From Syntrophales bacterium (GTDB lineage Bacteria > Desulfobacterota > Syntrophia > Syntrophales > PHBD01), in the NCBI GenBank assembly GCA_035363115.1, contig DAOSEM010000002.1, positions 269,088 to 333,087 on the forward strand: a DNA stretch of 64,000 nucleotides. Reading direction: 5' to 3'. Within the stretch, counting starts at the first letter, position 1; each line of letters opens with the position of its first letter. Shown here piece by piece: positions 42,562 to 51,625 of this stretch. The notes below the pieces were generated by a model. The model was not told the origin of the DNA. It ran no database searches and saw only the letters and a list, made by a program, of their open reading frames with translations. A program made the translations under genes and the position numbers.

Positions 42562-43440
42562 TCAGTCCGCAGCGGGAATTCTTCCCGCAACGCGCTGTCC
42601 CGTCAGGTAATCCGCCCGGAGGCTGCGTTCGATGGGTTGCCCTTTCTGCCAGTCCGGCAGATCGAAATCGAAGACGATCTTCAGCATCTTCATGATGATG
42701 TAAAAAGTCGCTCCCCAGAGGATTTCCGTGGTTCCGTCGGCTTCACGGTGGATCAGGCATGGAAAGTCCTGGCAGACCTCGTCCTTCGAGCCCGAGACCT
42801 CCGTATAGGTCACGATGTAGCGCCCGTAACTCTCCTCCATAAAGAAAGAATCCAGGGGAATCTCGACCACCCGGGCCACCTCGCGGTTGGGCCGGAATGC
42901 CCATGGCGCGTGAACCATCCCCATCAGAGGGAAAATCGTCCTTCGGAACAGGATGAGGGAATAGGTGGGAAGGGGGCCGAGAAAACGGATCCGGAGAGGA
43001 TTCAGACCGACTTCCTCCCAGGTTTCTCGGATGGCGTTCGCCAGGAAGAGGCAGATCAACCGGTGCTCCCGGTGGCCCCGGAGACGGGACAGTTCCCGGG
43101 GACGTCCCTGAATGACGGGCATGGAGCAGGAACACAGAAGGTGCCGGAATGCGACATCTACGGCCCCGTGAAGCATCCCTCCCGGACAGCTCAGGTCGCC
43201 GGGCTGGGCCACTGTGGCGGAGCGTTTGATGAGCTGCAGGTATGGAATGTCTCCATCCATCCGGAGCAGGAGGAGGACCCCTGCGGCCTGCGCCCCCTCC
43301 TTCCGGCCGGCCCGGATGGCGGCATAGCGCTCGGCATAATCGATGGATGTCACGCCCAGGCTTTCTGTGATGCGGGATGGCAGATCCTGGACGGGATGCA
43401 GGGAATATTGTTTTGCCAGCGTTTTCATGGAGGGCACCAT
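42562..43440 (-). CDS. NUDIX hydrolase, CoA-pyrophosphatase-like (NudL/NUDT7 type) with an insertion splitting the Nudix box
   Basis: LQLIKRSATVAQPGDLSCPGG resembles the CoA-pyrophosphatase motif LLTxR...G...FPGG. The REtwEEvGL half (NAIRETWEEVGL) follows only after a roughly 35-40-aa Cys/His/Arg-rich segment. Confidence 0.65.
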   Translation of the reverse strand: MVPSMKTLAKQYSLHPVQDLPSRITESLGVTSIDYAERYAAIRAGRKEGAQAAGVLLLLRMDGDIPYLQLIKRSATVAQPGDLSCPGGMLHGAVDVAFRHLLCSCSMPVIQGRPRELSRLRGHREHRLICLFLANAIRETWEEVGLNPLRIRFLGPLPTYSLILFRRTIFPLMGMVHAPWAFRPNREVARVVEIPLDSFFMEESYGRYIVTYTEVSGSKDEVCQDFPCLIHREADGTTEILWGATFYIIMKMLKIVFDFDLPDWQKGQPIERSLRADYLTGQRVAGRIPAAD

Positions 43441-43527
43441 AGCACCATGCCGGCGGGGGCGTCCATGAAAACAGAAAGCCCGGCCTGGGGCCGGGCTTCT
43501 TGTGTAGCGGTGCCAGAAAAGGGTTGA

Positions 43528-44880
43528 TCAACCCTTTCCGTTTCCGTTTCCGTTCTTTCGCCAGATGTTCATTTTTTCCGCTTCTTTGATCAGGCCGTCC
43601 CGCAGATCCGGATGGGCGATGTTGATCAGGGCTTCGGCTCTCTGCCAGGTGGATTTTCCGGCCAGGTCGGCAACGCCGTATTCCGTAACGATCATGTGGG
43701 CCTGGGTTCGCGGGACCGTTACGATCGATCCGGCGGGCAGGGTGGGGACGATCCGGGACTTGGTCTCCCCCGTCTTCTTGTCCTTGTAGGATGCGTTGCA
43801 GCAGATGAAGGACATGCCGCCGTCGGACATGTAGGCGCCCGTGGCGAAATCAAGCTGTCCGCCGGTGCCGCTGATGTGTCTCGGTCCCGATGACTCGGAC
43901 GACACCTGCCCGAAGAGATCGACTTCCACGCAGGCGTTGATGGAAACCATATTGTCGTGCTGGCACATGACGTGAGGGGCGTTGGTGTAGGAGACGGGAT
44001 AGGACGCCAGCGAGGGGTTCAGGTCGATCCAGTCGTAGAGGAACTGGCTGCCCGCGGCAAACGCATAAGCGCTCTTCTTCTTGTCCACGCCCTTCTTCTT
44101 GTTGGTCAGTTTGCCGGCCTGGTACATGTGATAGTATGCATCCACCAGCATTTCCGTGTGGCATCCCAGGTCCTTGATGTCCGATTCGGCCAGCTGTGTC
44201 CCGATGTAGTTGGGAAGACCGCCGATACCAAGCTGGATGCAGGCGCCGTTGGGAATCATGGGAACGATGTGGCTGGCGATCTTCACATCGATCTCGGTGG
44301 GGGCTGCCGGGGGGATCGCCTCGACCTTCGATTCGTGCTCAACGACATAGTCGACCTCGGAGATGTGCACGACCTCGTCGCGTCCGCCCATGGCCCAGGG
44401 GAGAAGCGGGTTTACTTCGACGATGATCTTCTTGGCGACGTCCATGGCCGCGCGCACGGCCGCGTTGCCCATGTGCGTGTTGAAATAGCCGTCTTTGTTC
44501 ATCTTGGTCACGCGGAGCATGGCAACGTCGACGGACTTGATGCTCTTCTTGTAGAAGAGGGGCTGATTGCGGAAAATCATGGGGTGGTAATAGCACCGGC
44601 CTTTATCGTGAAGCTTGCGTGAATAGCCGGAGAAATGCCAGTCCTGGTAGGTAAAGACTTCTCCTTCGGGGTCGGCTTCGACGCACGCTTGGGGTGTCAG
44701 GCTCAATGTGTGCCGAATGTTGATGTTTTTGAGTTCATCCTTGCGTGCGGCAAGGGCCTTGTCCAAGGCGATCGGCTTGGTGTGGCCGAACCCATAGTCA
44801 ATCCAGTCTCCGCTCTTGACCACTTTCACAGCATCTTCCGGGCTAACGAGTTTCTTCCGATACTCCTCTGCGTACGACAT
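43528..44880 (-). CDS. Acetyl-CoA hydrolase/transferase-family CoA-transferase (butyryl-CoA:acetate / 4-hydroxybutyrate type)
   Basis: Blocks LGIGGLPNY, GCHTEML, NACVEVDLFGQVS, SGTGGQLDF and IAHPDLRDGL. ATG 44880 lies 9 nt after AAGGAGG; the track start at 44886 is a GTG only 3 nt after the SD. Confidence 0.88.
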   Translation of the reverse strand: MSYAEEYRKKLVSPEDAVKVVKSGDWIDYGFGHTKPIALDKALAARKDELKNINIRHTLSLTPQACVEADPEGEVFTYQDWHFSGYSRKLHDKGRCYYHPMIFRNQPLFYKKSIKSVDVAMLRVTKMNKDGYFNTHMGNAAVRAAMDVAKKIIVEVNPLLPWAMGGRDEVVHISEVDYVVEHESKVEAIPPAAPTEIDVKIASHIVPMIPNGACIQLGIGGLPNYIGTQLAESDIKDLGCHTEMLVDAYYHMYQAGKLTNKKKGVDKKKSAYAFAAGSQFLYDWIDLNPSLASYPVSYTNAPHVMCQHDNMVSINACVEVDLFGQVSSESSGPRHISGTGGQLDFATGAYMSDGGMSFICCNASYKDKKTGETKSRIVPTLPAGSIVTVPRTQAHMIVTEYGVADLAGKSTWQRAEALINIAHPDLRDGLIKEAEKMNIWRKNGNGNGKG

Positions 44881-45110
44881 GAACACCTTCCTCCTTAGTT
44901 AGAATTTACACTCCTCCCCCTGTCAGGCGCTGCCGTCAGTTTGCGGAAGACGGAGTCTCCCGGCAACCGCGCCGGAAGTTCAATTTCTCCCGCTGCTACA
45001 CTGCATTCACTTGTATAAGGGGTGCCGTCCCGTAGCATATCGGTTTTGAAAAATCAACATGCGAATAAGGGGTGAAGCAGAATGACCTGATTCAAACAGC
45101 AATCAGCGCC

Positions 45111-45144
45111 AAAAAAGAAAGACCCGGAGTTTCCACTCCGGGTC
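45111..45144 (-). terminator. Rho-independent terminator after tRNA-Met
   Basis: On the minus strand: GACCCGGAG-tggaaa-CTCCGGGTC followed by TTTCTTTTTT, 11 nt after the tRNA 3' end. Confidence 0.8.
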
Positions 45145-45155
45145 CGATTTGTTCA

Positions 45156-45232
45156 TGGTAGCGGTGCCTGGATTCGAACCAGGGACACTACGGATATGAG
45201 CCGTATGCTCTGACCAACTGAGCTACACCGCC
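45156..45232 (-). tRNA. tRNA with anticodon CAT (elongator Met, or Ile2 if lysidine-modified), CCA encoded
   Basis: Hand-folded from the reverse complement: GGCGGTG-TA-GCTC-AGTTGGTCA-GAGC-A-TACGG-CTCATAT-CCGTA-GTGTC-CCTGG-TTCGAAT-CCAGG-CACCGCT-A-CCA. Position 1:72 is a G-U pair. It is not initiator-like: there is no C1:A72 mismatch and no triple G-C in the anticodon stem. Confidence 0.85.
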
Positions 45233-45304
45233 GCTTGCCTTTGCAAAACAGGCGACCGCATTATAACAGAAATACGATCTTGTCAACCCTCCGTTTGAGG
45301 CCTT

Positions 45305-47065
45305 CTATTTCTGGATCTCCATGGGTTCCGCCTGGGGGATCTGGGTGGCCACCGGCGTCATCTTGTAGGCCGCCAGGACGCTCGACTCGCCGAACGATGC
45401 TCCTGTCGAGAGAACAAGGGCCATGACGATCTCGTTTTCCCCATCGTTGTCCACGTCCTTGTACTGGTAATCGGCCACGTACCCGTTGATCTTCCGGGTT
45501 CGCCAGTTCTCTACCATGCCGACGCCGTCCCATTCAATGTTGTAGAACTCGCTCGACGTATAGAGCTTCACGTTTCGCATGATCCGGGCGGATGCGGAGA
45601 TGTTTTTTACCAGCAGGATCTCCCGTCGTCCGTCCTTGTTGAGGTCCGTTGTAAGGATGCGTGTGTTGACCCAGTATTTGCTCAGGTAGGCCTCCACGCC
45701 CGTGGCGCCGGTCGGGGCCTCAACGTAAAGGTTGCTTCCGCCGAAGGGGTCGTCGCTTTTGTACAGGAGTTCGCTGGCGCCACCGAATTTCTGTAGTGAT
45801 TTCAGCGGTTTCTCCGTCTCCTGGTAAATGCAGAGATAGTCGTCCTGATTCAGGGCGATAATCCTCGACGGACCCTGGCCGAGATCGTCAATGGTCAGGC
45901 CGAAGACGGACATGCCAAGGGGGATCTTCATCCTCTGGCCTTCGGTATAACGGGTGCCGTCCCAGACGATTTCATGGATCTGGGTTTCAAAAGGCATGAA
46001 TTCATTGGTGTCCATGGAGATGTTCATGCCGTGGTATCGCTGACCCAGGAGCTGCTGGCTTGCCGGGTTATGCCGGTTGATCACCCGGAAGAACCACGGA
46101 AGCCTCGACGCGATCTGGACGAACTTGCCGTCCTGCCATTCGTAGACGAAGGAGTTGACGGAGTTTTCAAGGGAGTTGGTCACGATGATTTCGGGAACAC
46201 CGTTGCGGTTGATGTCCGCGACGTCCACCGTCATATAATTATCCGAGGATCGCCCGCTGATCTTCTGGAGCATCCGGAATTCCTTTCCCTTTTTCTGAAA
46301 GATCCGGATCTCGTTGCGGGAGATGGTTACGATCTCATTCAGGCCGTCCTTGTTTACGTCCCCGATGTCCATGCCCCGGAACTCGAGGGGGAAACGCTCG
46401 CTCATCCAGAATCCTTTGCGGTCCACCGGCTGCATGGCATTGATGAAGTCGGGATTGATGGCACCCGTGAATGTCCCGGCCTTACCCTTACGCATGCCGG
46501 CGATGATTTCCGATTCCCTTGTGCTCGTGCCCGAGGGCATGACGGCCGTCGGCGGAGGAAGGGGTGTGAGGGGCGTGGCTTCCGGTGCTGCGCCGCCCAA
46601 CACATGGGTCTCAATTTTCTGTGCGAATTCCGTTATTTTTGGAATGACCTCGTCCATCCCCTTCGACGAGGTAAAAACGCCGACGGGTGACTTGCTCGTC
46701 GCGATGTCCACGAGCTTGGCGTCGATGCTCAGGTTGGCACCGATCTTGGTGACGCTGCCTGCGACAACGTAGTCGGCTTTGAGAGATTTTCCCACGGCCT
46801 GTAGCTCCGCCAGGGGCATTTCCTTGCCTGCCCTGTTGCCGAGCACGCCCAGCACCGTATCTTTGCCGGGCACCGCAATCTTGCCGGAGCTCGACAGGCG
46901 GCTGGACAGCATGTTCCAGATACCCTGCTGGACATAGTCGATGTTTTCAGCACTGGAGACTGAGAACGGCAGCACAGCCACAGTCTTGGTGTCCCTGGCC
47001 CAGACCAGCCCGGCCGCCACGACCAGCGCCGCTGCAATTACGAGAACTCCAAAACGCTTCATCAT
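45305..47065 (-). CDS. FG-GAP/VCBS-repeat exported protein with an N-terminal LpoB/CsgG-like domain
   Basis: ATG 47065 (MMKRFGVLVIAAALVVAAGLVWA) follows AAGGA. N-domain VAVLPFSVSSAENIDYVQQGIWNMLSSRL...DYVVAGSVTKIG. Four Ca-binding-like FG-GAP loops: DVNKDGLNEIV, DINRNGVPEIIV, DLNKDGRREILL, DVDNDGENEIVM. Confidence 0.7.
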   Translation of the reverse strand: MMKRFGVLVIAAALVVAAGLVWARDTKTVAVLPFSVSSAENIDYVQQGIWNMLSSRLSSSGKIAVPGKDTVLGVLGNRAGKEMPLAELQAVGKSLKADYVVAGSVTKIGANLSIDAKLVDIATSKSPVGVFTSSKGMDEVIPKITEFAQKIETHVLGGAAPEATPLTPLPPPTAVMPSGTSTRESEIIAGMRKGKAGTFTGAINPDFINAMQPVDRKGFWMSERFPLEFRGMDIGDVNKDGLNEIVTISRNEIRIFQKKGKEFRMLQKISGRSSDNYMTVDVADINRNGVPEIIVTNSLENSVNSFVYEWQDGKFVQIASRLPWFFRVINRHNPASQQLLGQRYHGMNISMDTNEFMPFETQIHEIVWDGTRYTEGQRMKIPLGMSVFGLTIDDLGQGPSRIIALNQDDYLCIYQETEKPLKSLQKFGGASELLYKSDDPFGGSNLYVEAPTGATGVEAYLSKYWVNTRILTTDLNKDGRREILLVKNISASARIMRNVKLYTSSEFYNIEWDGVGMVENWRTRKINGYVADYQYKDVDNDGENEIVMALVLSTGASFGESSVLAAYKMTPVATQIPQAEPMEIQK

Positions 47066-47156
47066 GGTTTTCCTTTCCACAGGTCCCTGTTTGAAACATC
47101 GACGCGGTTCTAACATGGTGAATCCGCGCCTTCAAGGTTTTTAATCTTACATGTTT

Positions 47157-49049
47157 TTAATCTTTTCCCCGGGTTCCTTCTTCGGGGTCCATCAGCGGGA
47201 TCGTCAGGTTGTATATCCCGTATTCCATGACGGCCCGGAGGGGGTAGGGGACCTTCTCGAAGACCTTCATCATGGCCTTGTTGTCGGCGAACACGTCGGC
47301 CGTAAAGGCCTCGATTCCCTGATCCCGGGCCACATGGATCAGCATCTCCAGGAGGAATGAAGCGATTCCCCGGCCCTGGTAGCGCTCTTCCACGACGAAA
47401 GCCATGTCGGCATGGAGGGGGCGGTCGCGGTGACGGACATACCTCCCCTCGGCGACGATCCGCTCCACGCCGTTCTCCTCGACGACGCCGACGATGGACA
47501 GGGCGCGCCGGTAGTCGACATTGACGTACTCCTGCATCTTCGTGTGGGGCATGGCCTTGATGGGGCTGAAGTAGCGGTAATAGACGGTCATGTCGGAGAA
47601 CCGGTAGAAAAGCCGCCTCATTTCTTCTTCGTCGGAAGGCTTGATGGCCCGGAAGCGTACCGTGAGATCACCCTTGAACGTATGGGCGGTCGTTATTTTT
47701 TCGGGATAAAAGAACCCGGCTTCGGAGAGGAAAATCTGGTCCGCGTAGAGAATCCGGGAGTCCTTGGCCTGGCGGACCAGTTCGGCCCGGTCGTCCGGAT
47801 GGGCGATGTCGATGATCGCCTGGGCCCGCTCCCGCACGGTCCGCCCCGTCATGGAGGCGATACCGTACTCGGTGATGATCAGGTCGAGGGACTCCCGGTT
47901 GGTGAACTGGTTCGGATATTCGTCCGCTGACAGGACGATGTTGGACTTGCCCTTGAGGTTCCGGCTGGGCAGGGCGAAGATCGTCCTTCCCCCCTTGGAC
48001 CACTCCGCCCGGGCGAAGATATCCTGGGCCTGCCCCGGTGTGGCGGTGATGTTTCCCCGGCCCACATGAAGGGCGATTCCGCCGGTGATGTCCACCTTCC
48101 GGGCGGGCAGGATCGCGATCATCCTGTCGTTGAGGCTCATGCGCGAGTAGTCGGACACGACGTCGATGGACTGGAATTCCACCATGGGGTTCCGGTGGAG
48201 CCACTTCATCAGTTCGGGGGTTCCCTGGGCATAAACGGTGAGGGACTTCCCGCGGAAATACCCTTTTTTCATGTTCGTGACAGCGCCGCATTTCACCAGT
48301 TCCATCAGGGGATCCGTAAAGAACGTTGAATGGATGCCCAGGTTCCGCTTCCGCGTCAGATGTTTTCCCAGGGCCTCGAAAAGGGTCCCCGAGTAGAAGG
48401 ACAGGCAACTCCCGTCCTCGATGACGGAGGCGATGTTGAATGCCACTTTGTCCAGCACCTCGTCCACGGGCCAGCGGGGGAAATAGATCAGGGGCTCGTC
48501 GGACTGGACCAGGTAATTGAATTCGCTGACGTGGACATGGGTGTTGCCGGTTGTCCAGGGGACGTCGGGATTGATCTCTCCCACGACGAGCGATGCCCGT
48601 TCGAGGGCGTATTTCGGGACGTCCGCCGACACCCCGAGGCTGACGTACCCGTTTTCATCGGGAGGTGTGATCTGCACGAAGGCCACGTCGATGCGGATCG
48701 TGCCGTTATGAATGAGCCGAGGGATGTCGGAGTACCGGCAGGGGATCAGGTCCACGGAGCCGGACGTGATGGCGGGACTGGCCAGCCACCCGGAGAAGAA
48801 CGTCTTCATGCGGAATTTATGGGCGTTGGCCGTGCTGCTGTAGGAAATGGCATCCCCCATGCTGACCAGCTGAATCAGCTCCAGGTCGTTCAAGTTCGGC
48901 AGGCTCGAGTTCATCAGGCGTTTCACGAGGGTCCGGGGCTCAGAAACGCCGGTTCCGAGGAAGATACTCATTCCCGGTTCGATCTTTGTGAGAACGACAT
49001 CCGGGGAAACCATCTTTTTCTGCCAGTCCAGGTCGTCGAGATTGAGCAT
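47157..49049 (-). CDS. Fusion protein: AcetylCoA_hydro/transferase-like N-terminal region + C-terminal Pat-type GNAT acetyltransferase
   Basis: The N-terminal roughly 440 aa are collinear with the two stand-alone CoA-transferases (IAHPDDRAELV block shared). The C-terminal roughly 180 aa form a GNAT (RFRAIKPSDEEEMRRLFYRFS...VVEERYQGRGIASFLLEMLIHVARDQGIEAFTADVFADNKAMMKVFEK). Confidence 0.85.
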   Translation of the reverse strand: MLNLDDLDWQKKMVSPDVVLTKIEPGMSIFLGTGVSEPRTLVKRLMNSSLPNLNDLELIQLVSMGDAISYSSTANAHKFRMKTFFSGWLASPAITSGSVDLIPCRYSDIPRLIHNGTIRIDVAFVQITPPDENGYVSLGVSADVPKYALERASLVVGEINPDVPWTTGNTHVHVSEFNYLVQSDEPLIYFPRWPVDEVLDKVAFNIASVIEDGSCLSFYSGTLFEALGKHLTRKRNLGIHSTFFTDPLMELVKCGAVTNMKKGYFRGKSLTVYAQGTPELMKWLHRNPMVEFQSIDVVSDYSRMSLNDRMIAILPARKVDITGGIALHVGRGNITATPGQAQDIFARAEWSKGGRTIFALPSRNLKGKSNIVLSADEYPNQFTNRESLDLIITEYGIASMTGRTVRERAQAIIDIAHPDDRAELVRQAKDSRILYADQIFLSEAGFFYPEKITTAHTFKGDLTVRFRAIKPSDEEEMRRLFYRFSDMTVYYRYFSPIKAMPHTKMQEYVNVDYRRALSIVGVVEENGVERIVAEGRYVRHRDRPLHADMAFVVEERYQGRGIASFLLEMLIHVARDQGIEAFTADVFADNKAMMKVFEKVPYPLRAVMEYGIYNLTIPLMDPEEGTRGKD

Positions 49050-49093
49050 GTTTGAATCCTTCTAAGGTTAATTGTTTCTGGAAACCGGCTCGT

Positions 49094-49744
49094 TCAGGAG
49101 TTCCCGGCCGGGATGACATGGAAAAGGACGGCAAAGAAGTGGCACAGGCTGCCGCCCAGGACGAAGACGTGCCAGATGGCGTGGGAGTAGGGGAGGCGTT
49201 TCATGAGGTAGAAGAGGGCGCCGACCGTGTAGAAAAGCCCTCCCGCCACGAGCCAGGCCAGTCCTGCAGCGGACAGACCTGCCAGGAGGGGCTTGATGGC
49301 GAACACTGCCAGCCATCCCATGAGGATGTAGGCGATCGTGGCCGCCGTCCGGAATCGATAGACGAAAAAAATCTTGAAGACGATGCCGACGATGGCGATT
49401 CCCCAGACGACGCCGAGGAGCGTCCATCCCCACTCCCCCTGGAGGGTTACCAGCGTGAAAGGCGTGTAGGTACCGGCGATGAGCAAGTAGATGCAGGCAT
49501 GGTCCAGGGTCTTGAAAATGTGCTTCAGATGGGGCGAGCGTGTGCTGTGATAAAGGGTGGAGGCCGTGTACAGGAGGACCAGGCTCGCTCCGAAGACGCT
49601 GCAGCCCACGATATGGCGAGCACTGCCGTGGAGGCTCGCGAAGATCACCATGATGGTCAGGCAGGCGACGCTCAGGAAGGCGCCCGCCCCGTGGGTGAGG
49701 CTGTTGAAGAACTCCTCGTATGAAGAGGTTCGGGGATTGTCCAT
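49094..49744 (-). CDS. Hemolysin-III/PAQR-family membrane protein
   Basis: Motifs NSLTHGAGA, STLYHS, LDHACIYLLIAGTYTPF and HAIWHVFVLGGSLCHFF, with seven TM segments. ATG 49744 lies 2 nt after the upstream stop; the track start at 49759 is a GTG inside the upstream gene. Confidence 0.85.
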   Translation of the reverse strand: MDNPRTSSYEEFFNSLTHGAGAFLSVACLTIMVIFASLHGSARHIVGCSVFGASLVLLYTASTLYHSTRSPHLKHIFKTLDHACIYLLIAGTYTPFTLVTLQGEWGWTLLGVVWGIAIVGIVFKIFFVYRFRTAATIAYILMGWLAVFAIKPLLAGLSAAGLAWLVAGGLFYTVGALFYLMKRLPYSHAIWHVFVLGGSLCHFFAVLFHVIPAGNS

Positions 49745-49746
49745 CG

Positions 49747-50328
49747 CTATGCTTTCCACGGGCCTTCCACGATGATGTCCGACAGGGGCTTCCGGTCGGA
49801 GGGGAATTCCCTTTTCTGAAGGTGTTCCGGAAGATCTTCCATTCTCCCGGGCCGGCCGACGGCGATCATGGCCTCCACCTGGAAAAAGTCGGGCATGGCC
49901 AGCTCCACCTTCGCACGGTCATAGTCGAATCCCTGCATCCCGTGAACGACCAGCCCCATGAGGGATCCCTGAAGGGCCAGGTGCCCCCAGGAGGCACCGG
50001 CGTCATAGCTGTGGGTGCGGGCGAATTTTCCGCTGTCGAAGGTCGTCTTCGAGGCGACCACGACCAGGACCGCCGCCCGGTTTGCCCAGATCCGGTTGCT
50101 TTCCGTGAGGAGGGAAAGAAACAAGGGCCAGTGCCGGGTGTTGCGCCGGCCGTAGAAAAACCGCCACGGCTGGTTATTATTGGACGAAGGCGCCCACCGG
50201 GCGGCCTCGAACAGGGTCATGAGTTCCGCTTCCGTGATCTCCTCGCCGGACATGGCCCGGGGGGACCAGCGGTTCGGAAACAGGAGATCCACCGGATGGG
50301 TCGGCTTGCGGAAGTCTCGGATGTTCAT
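49747..50328 (-). CDS. Nitroreductase-family protein
   Basis: 193 aa with RWSPRAMSGEEITEAELMTLFEAARWAPSSNNNQPWRF, the classic nitroreductase N-terminal block. Confidence 0.85.
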   Translation of the reverse strand: MNIRDFRKPTHPVDLLFPNRWSPRAMSGEEITEAELMTLFEAARWAPSSNNNQPWRFFYGRRNTRHWPLFLSLLTESNRIWANRAAVLVVVASKTTFDSGKFARTHSYDAGASWGHLALQGSLMGLVVHGMQGFDYDRAKVELAMPDFFQVEAMIAVGRPGRMEDLPEHLQKREFPSDRKPLSDIIVEGPWKA

Positions 50329-50566
50329 CGAATCCTTTGCAACATCTCTACGGTATGCGTTTTGCCGCCGTTGTGGGACAGCGGAACGGCCAATTGGCTG
50401 CTCTATAGGTTCACTCGACGGGTCTTGTCAATCCATTTGAAAACCGATGCCTGCCACCCGGCAAATCCGTTTTTGTACAAAGGGACTTGCGCCACACGGG
50501 AATCCGGGGTAGAGGAACCGCCTGGCCGGGATTGCAGAAGCAGCCCGGACACCCGATAGGTTATCC

Positions 50567-51625
50567 ATGACCGAAATCCTGACACGGCACACGTACATTT
50601 TACCCCTGCTCCTGCTTGCGGCGGGATTCTTCTGTGGCCTCGCCGCCGACGTCCTCGCACGCCGGTTCCTGCGCCGGGTCGTCCGTCGTACCGGCTGGGA
50701 GGGTGGTAATGTCCTCGTCACGGCCCTGCGGCGGATGGGAATCTACTGGTTCACGGCTGCAGCCGCGTATGTCGCCATCCACGCGGTTACCCTGTCGGTC
50801 CATCTCACCGGCATCCTGGAAAAGGGCATCCTGGTCCTGGTGATCCTTTCGGTCTCGTTCTTTTTTGCCCGCCTGACCGTGGGCGTCGTCAATCTCTACA
50901 GCAGCCGGGCCGGCGGCGTTTTCGTCACCACGACCCTCTTCGCCAACATCGCGAAGGGGCTGGTCCTGCTCCTGGGATTCCTGGTCATCCTGCAGACCCT
51001 CGGGATCTCCATCACCCCGGTTCTGACAGCCCTCGGCGTGGGCGGCCTGGCGGCGGCGCTGGCCCTCCAGGACACGCTCTCCAACCTCTTTTCGGGGATC
51101 CAGATCATCGCCTCCCGGCAGATCCGGCCGGGAGACTATGTGAAGCTGGCCGGTGGTGAAGAGGGGGTCGTGCATGACATCACCTGGCGAAGCACGACGA
51201 TCAGGGCGATGCCGAACAACATGATCGTGATCCCGAACGCCGAGCTGGCCAAGACCAGAATTACCAACTTCGATCTGGGGGAGAGTGAAATGAGCATCGT
51301 CGTCCCCGTCGGGGTGAGCTATGGCAGCGACCTGGAAAGGGTTGAAAAGATCACGGTGGATGTGGCAAAAGAGGTTCTCGGGGAAATTGAGGGCGGCGTT
51401 CCGGAATTCGAGCCGCTCGTCCGTTTCACCGCGTTCGGCGATTCGAGCATCAACTTCAACGCGGTCCTCCGGGTCCGGACCTATGCGGACCAGTTCCCGG
51501 TCCGCCACGTGTTCATCAAGCGCCTGTTCCAGAGATACCGGAAAGAGGGCATCGAAATTCCCTTTCCCATCCGCACGATATACATGAAGGGCGGCGGGAA
51601 GGAAGACCAGAGGAGCGATTCGTGA
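50567..51625 (+). CDS. MscS-family mechanosensitive channel
   Basis: Four or five TM helices followed by ALQDTLSNLFSGIQIIASRQIRPGDYVKL and the beta-domain. Confidence 0.88.
   Translation: MTEILTRHTYILPLLLLAAGFFCGLAADVLARRFLRRVVRRTGWEGGNVLVTALRRMGIYWFTAAAAYVAIHAVTLSVHLTGILEKGILVLVILSVSFFFARLTVGVVNLYSSRAGGVFVTTTLFANIAKGLVLLLGFLVILQTLGISITPVLTALGVGGLAAALALQDTLSNLFSGIQIIASRQIRPGDYVKLAGGEEGVVHDITWRSTTIRAMPNNMIVIPNAELAKTRITNFDLGESEMSIVVPVGVSYGSDLERVEKITVDVAKEVLGEIEGGVPEFEPLVRFTAFGDSSINFNAVLRVRTYADQFPVRHVFIKRLFQRYRKEGIEIPFPIRTIYMKGGGKEDQRSDS

Noticed and set aside
50523-50536. Sigma54-like sequence TGGCCGGGATTGCA upstream of the mscS-like gene. Similar near-matches occur at 34291-34305 (plus strand) and on the minus strand around 45095-45110.
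   Set aside because: The GG-to-GC spacing is 10 nt (or 11 nt) instead of the 12 nt required by TGGCAC-N5-TTGC, so none was called.
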